Assembly (NCBI GenBank): GCA_964016885.1 | Contig: OZ024743.1 | Span: forward strand, 325,624,001 to 325,688,000 | DNA from: Eledone cirrhosa | Taxonomy: Eukaryota | Direction of reading: 5' to 3' | DNA length: 64,000 nt | Part shown: positions 14,626 through 26,497 of the stretch, in pieces | Layout: the number at the start of each line of letters is the position of its first letter | Numbering within the stretch: position 1 is the first letter of the stretch | Notes under the pieces: model-generated | What the model was told of the DNA's origin: nothing | Database searches by the model: none | What the model saw: the letters and a program-made list of their open reading frames with translations, nothing else | Position numbers and translations under genes: made by a program

Positions 14626-14786
14626 TAAAACTACAGAGGCATAGTGGTGTGTTTAAGGATATTGCTTTGTAAACTCATGGTTTTGGATTCAACACCACAG
14701 TATAGGATCTTGGGCAAGTGTCATTGAGTTGATCAATGATTTGTGGGTGAAATTTAGTAGAAGGAAACTGCAGAAGCCTTTTGTAA

Positions 14787-15600
14787 TTATATAGTAACCA
14801 AAGTGAGAACGGGATGGAAAAAGTTAAGGGAGCTACTATCTCTGCTAGCTACAAAAGGTTTTCCCTCAAAATGAAGGGCAAATTGTATGATGCATGTATA
14901 TGAACAGCAATGTTGCATGGTAGCGAGGCCTGGGCTCAGTGTGCAGAGGACCTGCGAAGATTGGAAAGAAATGAAGCTTGCAACCTTCAATGGATGCGTA
15001 ATAGTAATATAAATGAACTGAGAGAGAAATTGTGTATAAGAGGAATCAAGTGTAGTGTACAGGAGAGGAGATTGCGTTGGTTTGGACATGTGATGTGTAC
15101 GAAGGATGACAGCTGTATAAAAAAGTGCAGAGTGTTCAAAGTTGATGGAAGTTATGGAGTAGGAAGACTTGGGATGAGGTGATAAAAGCTGACCTTGCAC
15201 AAATGCATCTCTCAAAGGTGATGACACAGGACCGAGATCCCTGGCATTATGCAGTAATACAGAAGGCCCACCTTCTCATGTGTACAGGTTGAAGCATACA
15301 CCTTGCATGCACCACTTTCCTCAACCTCCCCCTTCCATACACTTCCCATGTCCTAACACTCCACCTGCATCTTAACATCCCACCCCTCACCCATGTCCCT
15401 AGATCTATCTCCCCAATCCCCATGCACCTCCCCCACCCCACTGTAAAGTGGTTGTGTTGGTGATACTGTAAATGTGGTTTGTGTTAGGAAGGGCATCCAA
15501 CCTTAGAAATCAAGCCAAAATCAGTTCTGTAGAGCAAGACACGGTCATCTGACAATTTGTCTAACCCATGCTAGCGAGGAAAAAAGGCCGTTAAATGGTG
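14787..15600 (+). mobile_element. RTE LINE 3' fragment, degenerate
   Basis: MLHGSEAW...ERRLRWFGHV; 3'UTR motif GTGTTAGGAAGGGCATCCA. Confidence 0.85.
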
Positions 15601-16705
15601 GTATATATGTGTGTGTGCGTGTCTATTTACATTTAATGTTTATGTCCCATAACCTAGTGGCACAGCAAAAAAAAAGAGTTGGACAAAATTAGTACTGGGA
15701 GCTCAATATGATATATTAAATCCCTTCGTGGTGATGCCCCAGCATGGCTGCAGTCTGACTGAAACCAGTAAAAGATCAAATGTTGTCTGTTAAAAATGAC
15801 ATAGACCAGCATGTGTGTGTATGTATATAAGTACATATGTATGTATGTATGTATGTACATTCATGTGCACATATGTATGTATATGGACCAACAACTGTGC
15901 AGTTTGTGCATGACTTTGTGTTGCATTGTTGAATAGTTTTAATGTTTAGAGACAAGTGACAAAGAGAGAAAGAGACTATGAAGGTAAGAGAGGGGAGTTT
16001 AGAATAGAAATATTTATGAATAGAATAGAAATATTGCCTGTGAATATGAGATTGAAAGAGATGAGATAAAGAGAGTTTGATAAACAAAAACAAGGAAATG
16101 CAGTGGGTAGGTAGGGTAGAGGGGAAAGGCAGTGGGTTGGTAGGGTAGAGGGGAAAGACAGTAGGAGGAAAGTAGAAGACAGTTTAAGTAGGAGGTAAAA
16201 AATAAAGGAAATAGAAATATATAGAATCCATGAGAGAGAAATAGATAGATAGAGAGAGAGTGGTTCACAAGTTATATAGTGTATATATATGTATATGAGT
16301 AGTTTATTTGCGTACTTGTATATGAGACAATGTGTGTATATATGTGAGATAGTGTGTGTGATGTGTGTAAGTGAAAGGATTATAGAGAGAGAGTATGACA
16401 AGTACTGGACTATATGAGTGTGTGTGTGTATCAAGACCACTGGTGTGCTCGTCCCTAGACTGCCATTTTCCTCTACCAAATCAGGAGGAGTGCATTTCCC
16501 TTGAGGAGGCACTCCTATGGGGTGGAATGTCTGATACAGTGGATGTCACTGGCTGTTCTTTGCAGCAATGCTTTCACCATCATATCCATTGGGCCCATCT
16601 GAGATATGCCACCCAGACAACGGTGTAAAAGTTGCTCCCTCCCCCTCTTTCCATTTAATATTTTAATACTTAAAAAAAAATACTTTCATTATTGTATATT
16701 ACTGT

Positions 16706-16900
16706 AAGGGTGGTGAATTGGCAGTATCGGTAGAGGGTCAGACGCCATGCTTTCTAGCATAGTTATGTCCCTTTATGATCTGAGTTCAAATCCCGCCGAG
16801 GTTAACTTTGCCTTTCATCCTTACGGGGTCGATAAAATAAAGTACCAGTAATGTACTGGGTAATTGTTGGCCTTGAGCCAAAAAGTAGAAACAATTATTG
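16706..16900 (+). mobile_element. tRNA-derived SINE, second family (Meta-domain-like body)
   Basis: B box GAGTTCAAATCCC; body TTGCCTTTCATCCTTACGGGGTCGATAAAATAAAGTACCAG; near-identical reverse copy at 60918-61102. Confidence 0.75.
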
Positions 16901-16924
16901 TATATTACTGTACAACAATAAATA

Positions 16925-17100
16925 AACACCATATTATATGTGTGTTGGGTTCAATCAGGGTTAACCACAGTAAGTAAGGCACTCAATACATTGATAGAGT
17001 ATAAACAACAAATTTAATATAGAAATGGCCTCTACAGGACTAGAACTGTTTCATTCAAAGGAAATCATCAGGAAAGCCTTTCCTGGTGATTTCCTTCAAA
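16925..17100 (-). mobile_element. Penelope-type terminal-repeat fragment with hammerhead motif (17027-17078) and 19-bp fold-back
   Basis: Minus strand CTGATGA-TTTCCTTTGAAT-GAAACAG..CTGTA-GAGGCC; inverted repeat 17058-17076/17078-17096. Confidence 0.6.
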
Positions 17101-17103
17101 CAA

Positions 17104-17149
<46 letters not shown>

Positions 17150-17151
<2 letters not shown>

Positions 17152-18567
17152 ATTTTGCAGCAGAGACTTTTGTCTTAGCAGGGCATTTAATGTTGGTGTT
17201 TTTAAAGCGATGCAGTTTTTTGTTTTTATGTTATTGAGAAGGGAAAAAACTCTTTCTGGAGCTGTTGAAGATTGTAGCAATGAAAGAAGTTGGATCATGA
17301 ACTTAGTAATGGCTAACAATATATGTCACCACATTTTTCTTGTGAAACAAGAGACCAGTATTTCTCAGGCTCACTGTATACATTAAGAGATGCATCTTGC
17401 AAAGTGAATTCCCTCCATTCTCTATTTATTTGTTGATATTGATCTCCATGTACAAGGCTGGAAAATTTCATTGCGAATGGTATGATTGGTTTTGGTTTAC
17501 CTTCAATAATATTGGTCAGGTCCAAAGCTACTTGAAAAAGTTGCTTGTTGGTAGAAATATCCATTGTTTCATCAAGAATGAGGGAGAACTTTGCTGAATT
17601 TAGCTTAGACAACAAATCATTGAAAACATGGGAACTGATCACATTTGAAAAACTACAAGTTCCTTTAGTTTTTTGGTGATTTTTTAATCAGAGCATATGT
17701 TCGCAATAAGACCAGGCAAAGGATCCAAAATAGCAATGGGTAGGTTGTGCTTAGCAATAAATCTGCACAGTTTCAGCTCAGCTGATACCATTTTCGATAA
17801 GTGAACAGAACATTGAACAGGTTTTATGAAATGTTTTTGTCTCTTTATGCCTTACTATTTGAAAAGCTACTTGCTATCTCACAATTACACAATTTATTGC
17901 AACCATTACTTGCATTCTGTTTATTCAATTCCAACTATGATGAAAATTTCTCAATGTTTAATAATTCTAATAGAATTTTTCTTTCATAGAAAGTGGATTT
18001 CAGTTTTTTTCTTCTGAGGAGTGTCATTTTAGTCACTATCATAATAATAATCTATATTCACTTTTTTTCCACTCATGACGGTTCAAAATGTTTCTCGAAA
18101 AAGCAAAACAGTTCACATACTGAAAGATGACACCACCAAAGCATACTGCATGCCGTGACACAACTGTTTAAACTGAACTGATACGGTTGTCTTCCAAGGA
18201 TTCATCTTAATCTATCTATATTTAGATGTCCTTGTATATTGTCATTGGAATCTATTCAAGTAAAATGTCCACTGATCGATTGTGAGTGAATGTTGTGTTA
18301 TGGTTGGCTACTGATTTGAAATACCCGCAGAAGAGTTATTGATGTAAGATCTGATGGGCAAATACATTTAATAGCTTCTCGTTATAGCTGATAAATGGTA
18401 AATCATTAAATGGTGATTTTAGAATATCAATTAAGCCAAATTCGCAAAGCAAGTACAATGTCTAAAACGTACCAAAAATTCCAGGCATGGCACAAAATGT
18501 ACAGAAAAGTCCAATTAGGGGCAAATAGTACCAAATTTGTACGAACATACCAACTTCAGCAGCACTG
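17150..18567 (-). mobile_element. internally deleted hAT DNA transposon remnant
   Basis: Minus-strand peptides AELKLCRFIAKHNLPIAILD, KFSLILDETMDISTNKQL (catalytic D region), SSTAPERVFSLLNNIKT (dimerisation domain); CAGTG-type terminus at 18567 with GTAC-rich subterminal repeats. Confidence 0.75.
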
Positions 18568-18964
18568 CACACACATTATATTATACATCTGAAAAAGCAT
18601 AATGATCATCTCATTATACTTATTCATAATTTCAACTGTGAATGTAGGTGGGTGTGTATGAATCTCTCTCTCTCTCTGAACTATGTATGTAGTGTGTATG
18701 TATGTAAGCGTGTTTGTATATATATTATATATGCATAAAAGTGTATGCGTGAGAGAGAGAGAGAGAGATTGGGGTGGAGAGTAATAGACTTTGTTTAATT
18801 CTCCCCAAAAAGTGGTTTGGTGTTTGTTGAGTGAAGTTTAGCGACATTGGTGGTGGGTGTTCTGACTCCACCTTACTCCACCAACATCAAACTTGCAGAC
18901 AGGTGTGTGATCATTCTGTCTGTCTCACAATGAATAAACATATAACTTCCCCAACATATATCTT

Positions 18965-19260
18965 TCATCATTTCCATTTAGCAACAATTTCTTCCATGCT
19001 TGCATGGGTTGGACGGGTTGTCCATGCTGGGAAGCAAGTCTGGCCATGGTTATCCATGTCGCACCTTGCTCCAGTGAGGATTATAAATTTGGCCAGGTAT
19101 TTTACAGCTGGATGCCGTTCCCAACACCAACCACATTTACAGTGTGGGACTGGATGGCTCTGTTATGAGGAGGGACAGGCCAGTTGGCCACACCGAACCC
19201 CTCTCACAAAGGAACCAGTTTTGGAGCCTGACCCATCTCACTGCAGAGCCATAATTTAGG
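18965..19260 (-). mobile_element. RTE-type 3' tail fragment
   Basis: TTCCATGCTTGCATGGGTTGGACGG...GCTGGATGCC..CCAACACCAACCACATTTACAGTG shared with RTE 3'UTRs. Confidence 0.65.
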
Positions 19261-19325
19261 AGCCCGTCTTTATATATATATCATCATCATCAGCACCATT
19301 TAATGTCCATTTCTCCATATATATA

Positions 19326-20424
19326 TATGAAGACAGGGAAGGCAACCGGTCCATCGGGTATAGCTGCCGAGATGCTGAAGGCATCTGGGTCGGTAGGTCA
19401 CACCATAACCACACAAATTGTTAACCAGGTAATACTAGAGGGTATCATACCAAAAGATTGGTGCAGTAGCATCATTGTCAATTACTACAAAGGTAAAGGT
19501 GATGCACTAGATAGAGGTATAAAGCTGATGGACCAGGTCATGAAAGTAACGGAAAGAGTTATAGCACAGTTGATTAGGGACTGGGTAAAACTAGATGAGA
19601 TGCAATTTGGGTTTGTACCAGGAAAAGGCACCACTGATACCCTCTTCCTTGTGAGGCAGTTACAAGAAAAGTACCTAGATGAAAGTAAGCCGCTCTACCT
19701 GGCATTCGTCGATCTGGAAAAAGCCTATAATCTGGTAGGCTCTTAGAAAATTAGGAGTAGATGAATTTCTTGTGAAAGCTGTACAAGCCATGTATAGAGG
19801 AGCAGTCAGCAAAGTTATAGTTAGCAATGACTATAGCGAGGAATTTAGCATACAGGTCGGTGTCCACCAGGGCTCTGTTCTTAGCCCTCTCCTGGTATGG
19901 ACGTGCGATGCGTATGAAGGATGACGGCTGCATAAAAAGGTGCAGAGCACTAGAAGTCAATGGAAGCCGCGGAGTGGGGAGACCCAAGAAGACCTGGGAT
20001 GAGGTGATAAAAGCCGAGCTTACCTAATTACACCTCTCAAAGGTGATGACACATGACCGTGACCTCTGGCGTCACGCAGTAATACAGAAGACCCGACCCC
20101 CCACAGGAACAAGCCAAAGCTGAAGCATATAGACAATATGCCCCCACACTCTCTCACTGCAAAGTGGTCGTGGAGGTGCCATGGCAAAAAAGCACCCAGC
20201 CCTCACTGTAAAGTGGACGTGTAGGCGTCACGGAAAAAAAAGCACCCAACACACACTGTAAATGAGGTTGGTGTTAGGAAGGGCATCCAGCTGTAGAAAT
20301 CAAGCCAGAATCAGTTCCTGTATGAGCAAGACAAGGTCAGCCAACTGAACACTGCCCACAGCAGGACAACCCGTCTAACCCATGCTAGCGTGAAAGTACG
20401 GACGTAAAATGATGATGATGATGA
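19326..20424 (+). mobile_element. RTE LINE (subfamily B), 5'-truncated, internally deleted
   Basis: RT N-terminal motifs to GSVLSPL join directly to WYG..MRMKDD at ~19892; (GAT)n tail; TA on both sides. Confidence 0.88.
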
Positions 20425-21019
20425 TCTATATATATATGTGTGTGTGTGTATGTGTGTCCCATGTCGGTATGTAGTTATTACTTCTTGTTTTGTTTTGTGT
20501 ATTTTTTTTGTCCTACATCCGTTCTATTTTCCTCCTGAATGGATAACTCCATGGTTTCTATCGATTCACTGGTGGTGAATAGTCCTGTCTTATAAAGTAT
20601 CCAAAACTACAATGGTCACTAGAAGACAGTTGATGAGCAGAAATTGTCCATGTGCTTATTTTTTCTGCGTTTTCTGTTTCTATATTTCTCTCACGTGTTT
20701 ATATATTTATATAAATCAGTTCTGTGTGAGCAAGACATGGTCACCTGACCTGGCATTGCCCACAACAGGAAAACTCGTCTAACCCATGTTAGCATGGAAA
20801 AAATGGACATAAAATGATGATGATATATATATAATTAGTTATAACAGTGACATATACAGGTACTTACATTTTGTTGGGTTGTTTACCTTCAACTCACTCA
20901 GACTGTCATAAAAAGAAAAACATATTGTTCTCTTTTTTTTTCTTTTTATGACACACTGAATCAGTATATATATATATAATTTGTTGCTAATAAATGAAAC
21001 TATTATTTAATATAGAAAT

Positions 21020-21064
21020 GGCTTCTACAGGACTAAAACTGCTTCATTCGTATGAAATCATCAG
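21020..21064 (-). ncRNA. hammerhead ribozyme motif, partial/degenerate (GAAGC, 5' stem I lost)
   Basis: Third copy of the 11529/17027 motif. Confidence 0.45.
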
Positions 21065-21114
21065 TACCTTATGAACTGTGGCTACCCCCCGATTTAACTC
21101 TGTATCTACATATA

Positions 21115-21148
<34 letters not shown>

Positions 21149-21613
21149 CACATACACACACATACATATATGTGTAGCCTCTAGGAATCAACAAAATTAC
21201 TAAATAACCTACACATAGACACACACACATATATATATTTCTACTACAGCCTTGGATTAACTAATGCCTTGTGAGTGGAATTGGTAGATTGGTAGACAGA
21301 AAATGCAGAAGCCCATTGTGTATGCCATAACTTAGTGGTTCAACAAAAATAGGAATCAATGAAATAAGTACCAGACTTGAAAAAATAAGGACTGGGGTTG
21401 ATATGAGCAACTGAATCATGGCAGAGCCCCAGCAAGGCTGCAGTCTAATGAGAGAAACCAATAAAATAATAAATAAAAACTTTCGTTTGTGTGTGTTTGT
21501 GAGTGAGTTATAAAAAGGGGTGGGCTCCACCATGTTTAAATGACCAAGATGCACTGTAAATCACTATTGCACCTCTATAATTACATTAAAAGTTCAAGAC
21601 CCACAGATGGATA

Positions 21614-21639
<26 letters not shown>

Positions 21640-21648
<9 letters not shown>

Positions 21649-22151
21649 AGTTGTAGTTCCTGTATGTTTGTTTGTTTGGTTCGTTGTTTGTTTGTTTGTT
21701 TCTTCATGAACTCCTCCTATGGTTTTGGAGATAGACCTCATAACCATATATATTCTGAAAATACATTGCCCAGGGTACTTGGATAAGTATATTTCATTTA
21801 AAACAAAGGGTTCCCGGGGGCACAAATCTCTGCTGAAAAATGTTTCCCTTCGATTTATATGAAATTTAAACCATAGTAAATGACAAGATATGATGCCTAT
21901 TCACAAAGCTTTTGAATTGATATTTTGAAAAAAATTATTTACAAGAAACAAAATAAGAATAAGATTTAATAATGTAATTTTGATTTGATATATTACAAAA
22001 AATAATGTTTTCTAATTTTTCATGCATTATATTTTACATTGAGTAATATTGAAATGCAGAGTTTTTCTCCATAAATTATATCACTGATTTAAAATCATTT
22101 TCTTACAAAAAAAATGTGTGAAACACAGCAAGGCGCGGGTAATTCGGCTAG
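21640..22151 (+). mobile_element. non-autonomous Helitron-like element
   Basis: 5' TATATATAAAG followed by (GTTT)n; 3' GCAAGGCGCGGGTAATTCGG-CTAG then T, the Helitron CTAG|T terminus pattern. Confidence 0.65.
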
Positions 22152-22276
22152 TATATATATATAGTTGCATTTGAGCAAGGTATGGCACAGCCAACTGGCC
22201 AGACATGCCTCATAATAGGGATGCTGTGTCTGACCCATGCAAGCATGGAAAATAAGGTGTATGATGATGATGTTAT

Positions 22277-22343
<67 letters not shown>

Positions 22344-22814
22344 GGGAGAGAGAGAAACAGAAATAGTAGTTGGAGAATGATCTCTCATGTAGAAAGTCAA
22401 ATGTTTTTGGTTTTTGTATAATTGATTGATCTTTGAGCCTGCAATACATAACTGGTACTTATTTTATTGATTTTTATTTATAAAATGTTTATTCGGTTAA
22501 AAACAGAAGAGAGCAGCATTAAAAAAGGACTATAAATGCCATAAATGAGAAAAAAGGGAGGGGAAGAGCAAGGAGTACGAAGGAAGAAAGAGAGGGGCAA
22601 GGGGAGAAGGTGACAAACTTCTACATCTAGGTCAGAGCAGTGTTAATGGCCAGCAACACATGCAGCAACAGCCACTCCACCTTGCAGGGTTCCTTTTATT
22701 GGTTTGACCAGGAGATGATTAAAGGTAACATAGCCGGTATATGATATAAATCTAATGAGGCACCTACATAGTTTTAGTTTATGAAAGCTTTCAGAGAATA
22801 ATGACAATGATTTT

Positions 22815-23100
22815 GTGTGTGTGACTAAGTAGTTGTGTTCGGCCCCGTTCATAAGATTGTGAGTTTAATTCCCAGTGACACATTGTTTCCTTGAACAAGA
22901 CACATTAGTCCAGTCCACTCACTGATAGAAATGAGTTATAATTGTAATTCAAAGGGCCAGCTTTGTCAGATACATACCTTGTGATGCTGAATCTCCCTGA
23001 GAACTATGTTTAGGGTACACACATTTATGGAATGCTCAGCCATTTGCATGTTAATTTCACAAGTAGCTGGACCCGTTGTCTGGACAACTAGAACATTCAT
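22815..23100 (+). mobile_element. CORE-like SINE, third tail type, degenerate
   Basis: TTCCTTGAACAAGACAC...GAAATGAG followed by AATTCAAAGGGCCAGC...AATCTCCCTGAGAACTATGTT; related copies at ~33960-34100 (-) and ~34110-34350 (+). Confidence 0.6.
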
Positions 23101-24069
23101 TCCATTTTTGTGTGTGTGTGATAGAGAGACAAATATCCTCCCCTAGGCAAGTTATAATATCCTCTCCCCTATAGGGTAGAGAAGGCTCTTTAGTGGAGTC
23201 AATGACCAATAACCTCTCTAGTACACCCAGTAAAGTTGTTAGGAAGGACATCCAGCTGTAGAAAGCAAGCCAGATTTAGGGTTCGAGAACTCTTCAGTTG
23301 TGTGAAAGATATGACAACCTCCCTAATGCTGGTGCCATGGCAAAATGCACCCAATACACTTTGTAAAGTGGATAAATATGTAAATGGGATTCCCCCTCCC
23401 CCCTCACCTCCCAGTCCATCTGAGAGGTCAGTAGCTTCAGATTAAGTACTGGCTTGGTTTATGATGACCTAGCAGGGAGAACAGATGTTAAATGTTGATG
23501 ATGAAAAGGTCTGTTGTGTGTGTGTATGTGAGAGAGAGAGAGAGAGAGAGAGTTGTGTTGATAGATTAGATAAACAGACAGACAGGTAGAGAAGTTAGGT
23601 GAGATTATAACAGTTATGAAAAGGCATGTTCTGTGTGTGCGTGTGAAAGAGAGAAAGAGAGAGATTTACATAATAGTTATAAAAAGGCCTGCAGTCAAGG
23701 TCACTATCTCAAAACTCCTTCCTTCCTTCACCACTTTCAACAGACAATGAACAAATAAATGTATAAATAAATGAATAAAACCTTAACAACAGATTCCTTG
23801 TAAGTACATGTCAACAATGGAGATGAATAAATATGGGGTGGAGAGAGAGACATTCACTAATCAGCTAAAGTGGTGGTGATGAGGGGTGTCTAGTGTGTAG
23901 GAGCAACCATGTGAACAGAAATAAAAATAATAATGTATTTTATTATTATTCTTTAAGCCAAGGGGGTGGAGCAGTTCCCAAAGCCAGTCAATATAAGTAT
24001 GAATTTGTTTTTATTTTGAACTCTCAACATCCTGTACCACATGAAGCTGCATTAGGCAGCCATTTTTGA

Positions 24070-24610
24070 AAAGTACAAAACAGCACTATGAAACTGTAAA
24101 TTTTCATAATGGTCTGTCCAATAGTAAAGACACCTATAAGCAGTTAGTACAAAACAGTATTATGACTGCAACACATTAAATGTTAAAGTTTTTATTCTCG
24201 TACTATAAATGTTCATAACAATCTGTCCAGTAGTAGAGATACTATAAACATTTAGTACAAAACAGCACTAAGCCTGCATTACATTAAATATTAAAGTATT
24301 TTCTTTAATATTGCAAATTTTCACAAAAACATTTCCAGTAGTAAAAATACTACAGACATTTGAACATTTGAATTAACAAATGTGGTTTCAGTTATTTTCT
24401 GCTATATCATTATAGGATGTTAAGAAATAATTAACAATCTTGTATATGCAATATTTAGAAATTATGACTGCATCACGTTAAATATTGAAGTTATTACCTT
24501 AGAACTGCATATTTTCACAACCTGTCCACTAATAAATACACTATACGCATTTGAATTTATGCACCCATTTGTTTAGTTATCTGCTGAGTTACAGGATATC
24601 AAAAGTTAAT
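24070..24610 (+). repeat. tandem array of MITE-derived ~70-140 bp units
   Basis: AGTACAAAACAG..ATGACTGCA..ACATTAAA..CTGTCCAGTAGTA repeated 4-5 times; matches internal part of 44946-45169. Confidence 0.65.
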
Positions 24611-26441
24611 TCTTTAACCATTTAACATTGACATTACTCTATATACACTATTCTATTTTCACAGTAAACACTTTATCTCATAATTACCTCACATAACATC
24701 AAATCTACCAGATTATATATATATTTGGAGTGTAACTCAGTGGAACCTTAATTCACAAACTTAATTCATTTCTTAGGGCTGTTCATCACCCAAAATGTTC
24801 ATAAACCAAAACTATTTTCCCCATACAAAATGGTGAGAGAGAGAAAGACTATGTGTGAAAGACAGATAGATATAACCATAGTAACTAACTACCCAGCAAG
24901 TGATGCTTTCCCACTGATACTTCAAGTTTGTTGCCAACTGTTGTTGCTGGCTTGTGTGTTCATTATTCGAGACACCATTCGTGAACCAAGATGTTTTATA
25001 TTAGAAAAATTGTTCACAAACCAATTTGTTCATGATGAGAAGCATTCGTTTATTATAGAAAGTGATGTTTTCACAAATCAATAAATAGGACACATATAAA
25101 TACGACCTATCTCTCAATCACCCTGCTGTGTCCTCTTTTTTTCATTATTATCATCAAACATTTTTGTGTTCTTATAAGATACAAATGCACAAACACATGC
25201 ATACACACACACACGTGATATATAGCCACACACACATACTGTGATATGTAGCCATACACACACATACATGTAATATATGACCCCCTCTCCCCACACACAT
25301 ATACATAATATATAGTATAAACACTCACATGTGTAATACAAAGCCACACAATTTTATAAGCTGCAAATCTAAAGAAAAATATCAAAGGTCTTTCGCTCTA
25401 CTGAACACTTTAGTGACTTTCCATGGTTGGTTAGAAGCCTACCCACCACCCTGCCACCCCACCACCCCACTATGCTTCCCTCCTACCAACCCACCATTCC
25501 ACTCTTCTATATTTAATTTAAGATGGTCGACTAGTCATCAACTCAAGTTTTACAACAATTGTTGCTTTGTTCTTACATAATTTAGTTAGGCTCAGGATGG
25601 CCTGGATGACAAACAGGTGCTACACCCAGAGCTGGCACCTGGATATTTACTGCCTACATGTACACCTCCTTTTCTCCCAGTTATGGACCCTATTATCCCA
25701 GTTATGACCTCATTCTCCGATTTAAGCATGTTGTTCTCCCAAATGAAATAATTTCAACTAAAAGTCTGGTAAGCTGACAAACTTAATTTCTGACACTTAT
25801 TGCTCTAATCACATTAGGAAAATTACTAAGCCTGCATTTTCTACTATACAGTCCACACTCACCCATACCAAATCATGTGACAGGTCATAATACTATATCA
25901 TCCTCTCCATTGCTTTGGATATTCCTAAAATGTTGCTGCAAGGCAAAAATGGTTAATGGTTTATTTATAAGTTGCAGGAAATTATTATATGTGTAATTTA
26001 ATTATATAAAACTATGATCCTTTAATATTCTGTAATGTGCCTCTCTGATATCTGCAACCTAGGCAGTTGCTTTGTTGGTCTTATAGTAGTACTGGCCCTG
26101 TGTTTTACATTATTGCACTTCACTCCCATTGAGGCATGGAGCTATAGAATATATACTTGTGTGTTGTCATATGCCCATTGCTAAAACATTTAGTTCTCAA
26201 TGACCCAGCCCAATCCACATAGCCATTTGTAGGAACCACACAATGTTGTAGAACCTTGGTGGAAGTAGCAGCAGTATTGTAACAAACTTAAGAATTTTTT
26301 CTTTAGCTTGCTATGTTGTGTTCACTTGTTGTCATCATCTTCTTCGTTTAACATCTGCTTTCCTTGCTAGCAAGGGCTGGATGGTCTTCTCACTTTCTAT
26401 AAATATACTGCCACGTTGTTGTTTTTTTGTTTACTTTTTCA

Positions 26442-26494
<53 letters not shown>

Positions 26495-26497
<3 letters not shown>

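Noticed and set aside
20610-20660. Further hammerhead-like string (CTAGAAGA...GAAATTGTC)
   Set aside because: Core and stems too degenerate to support.
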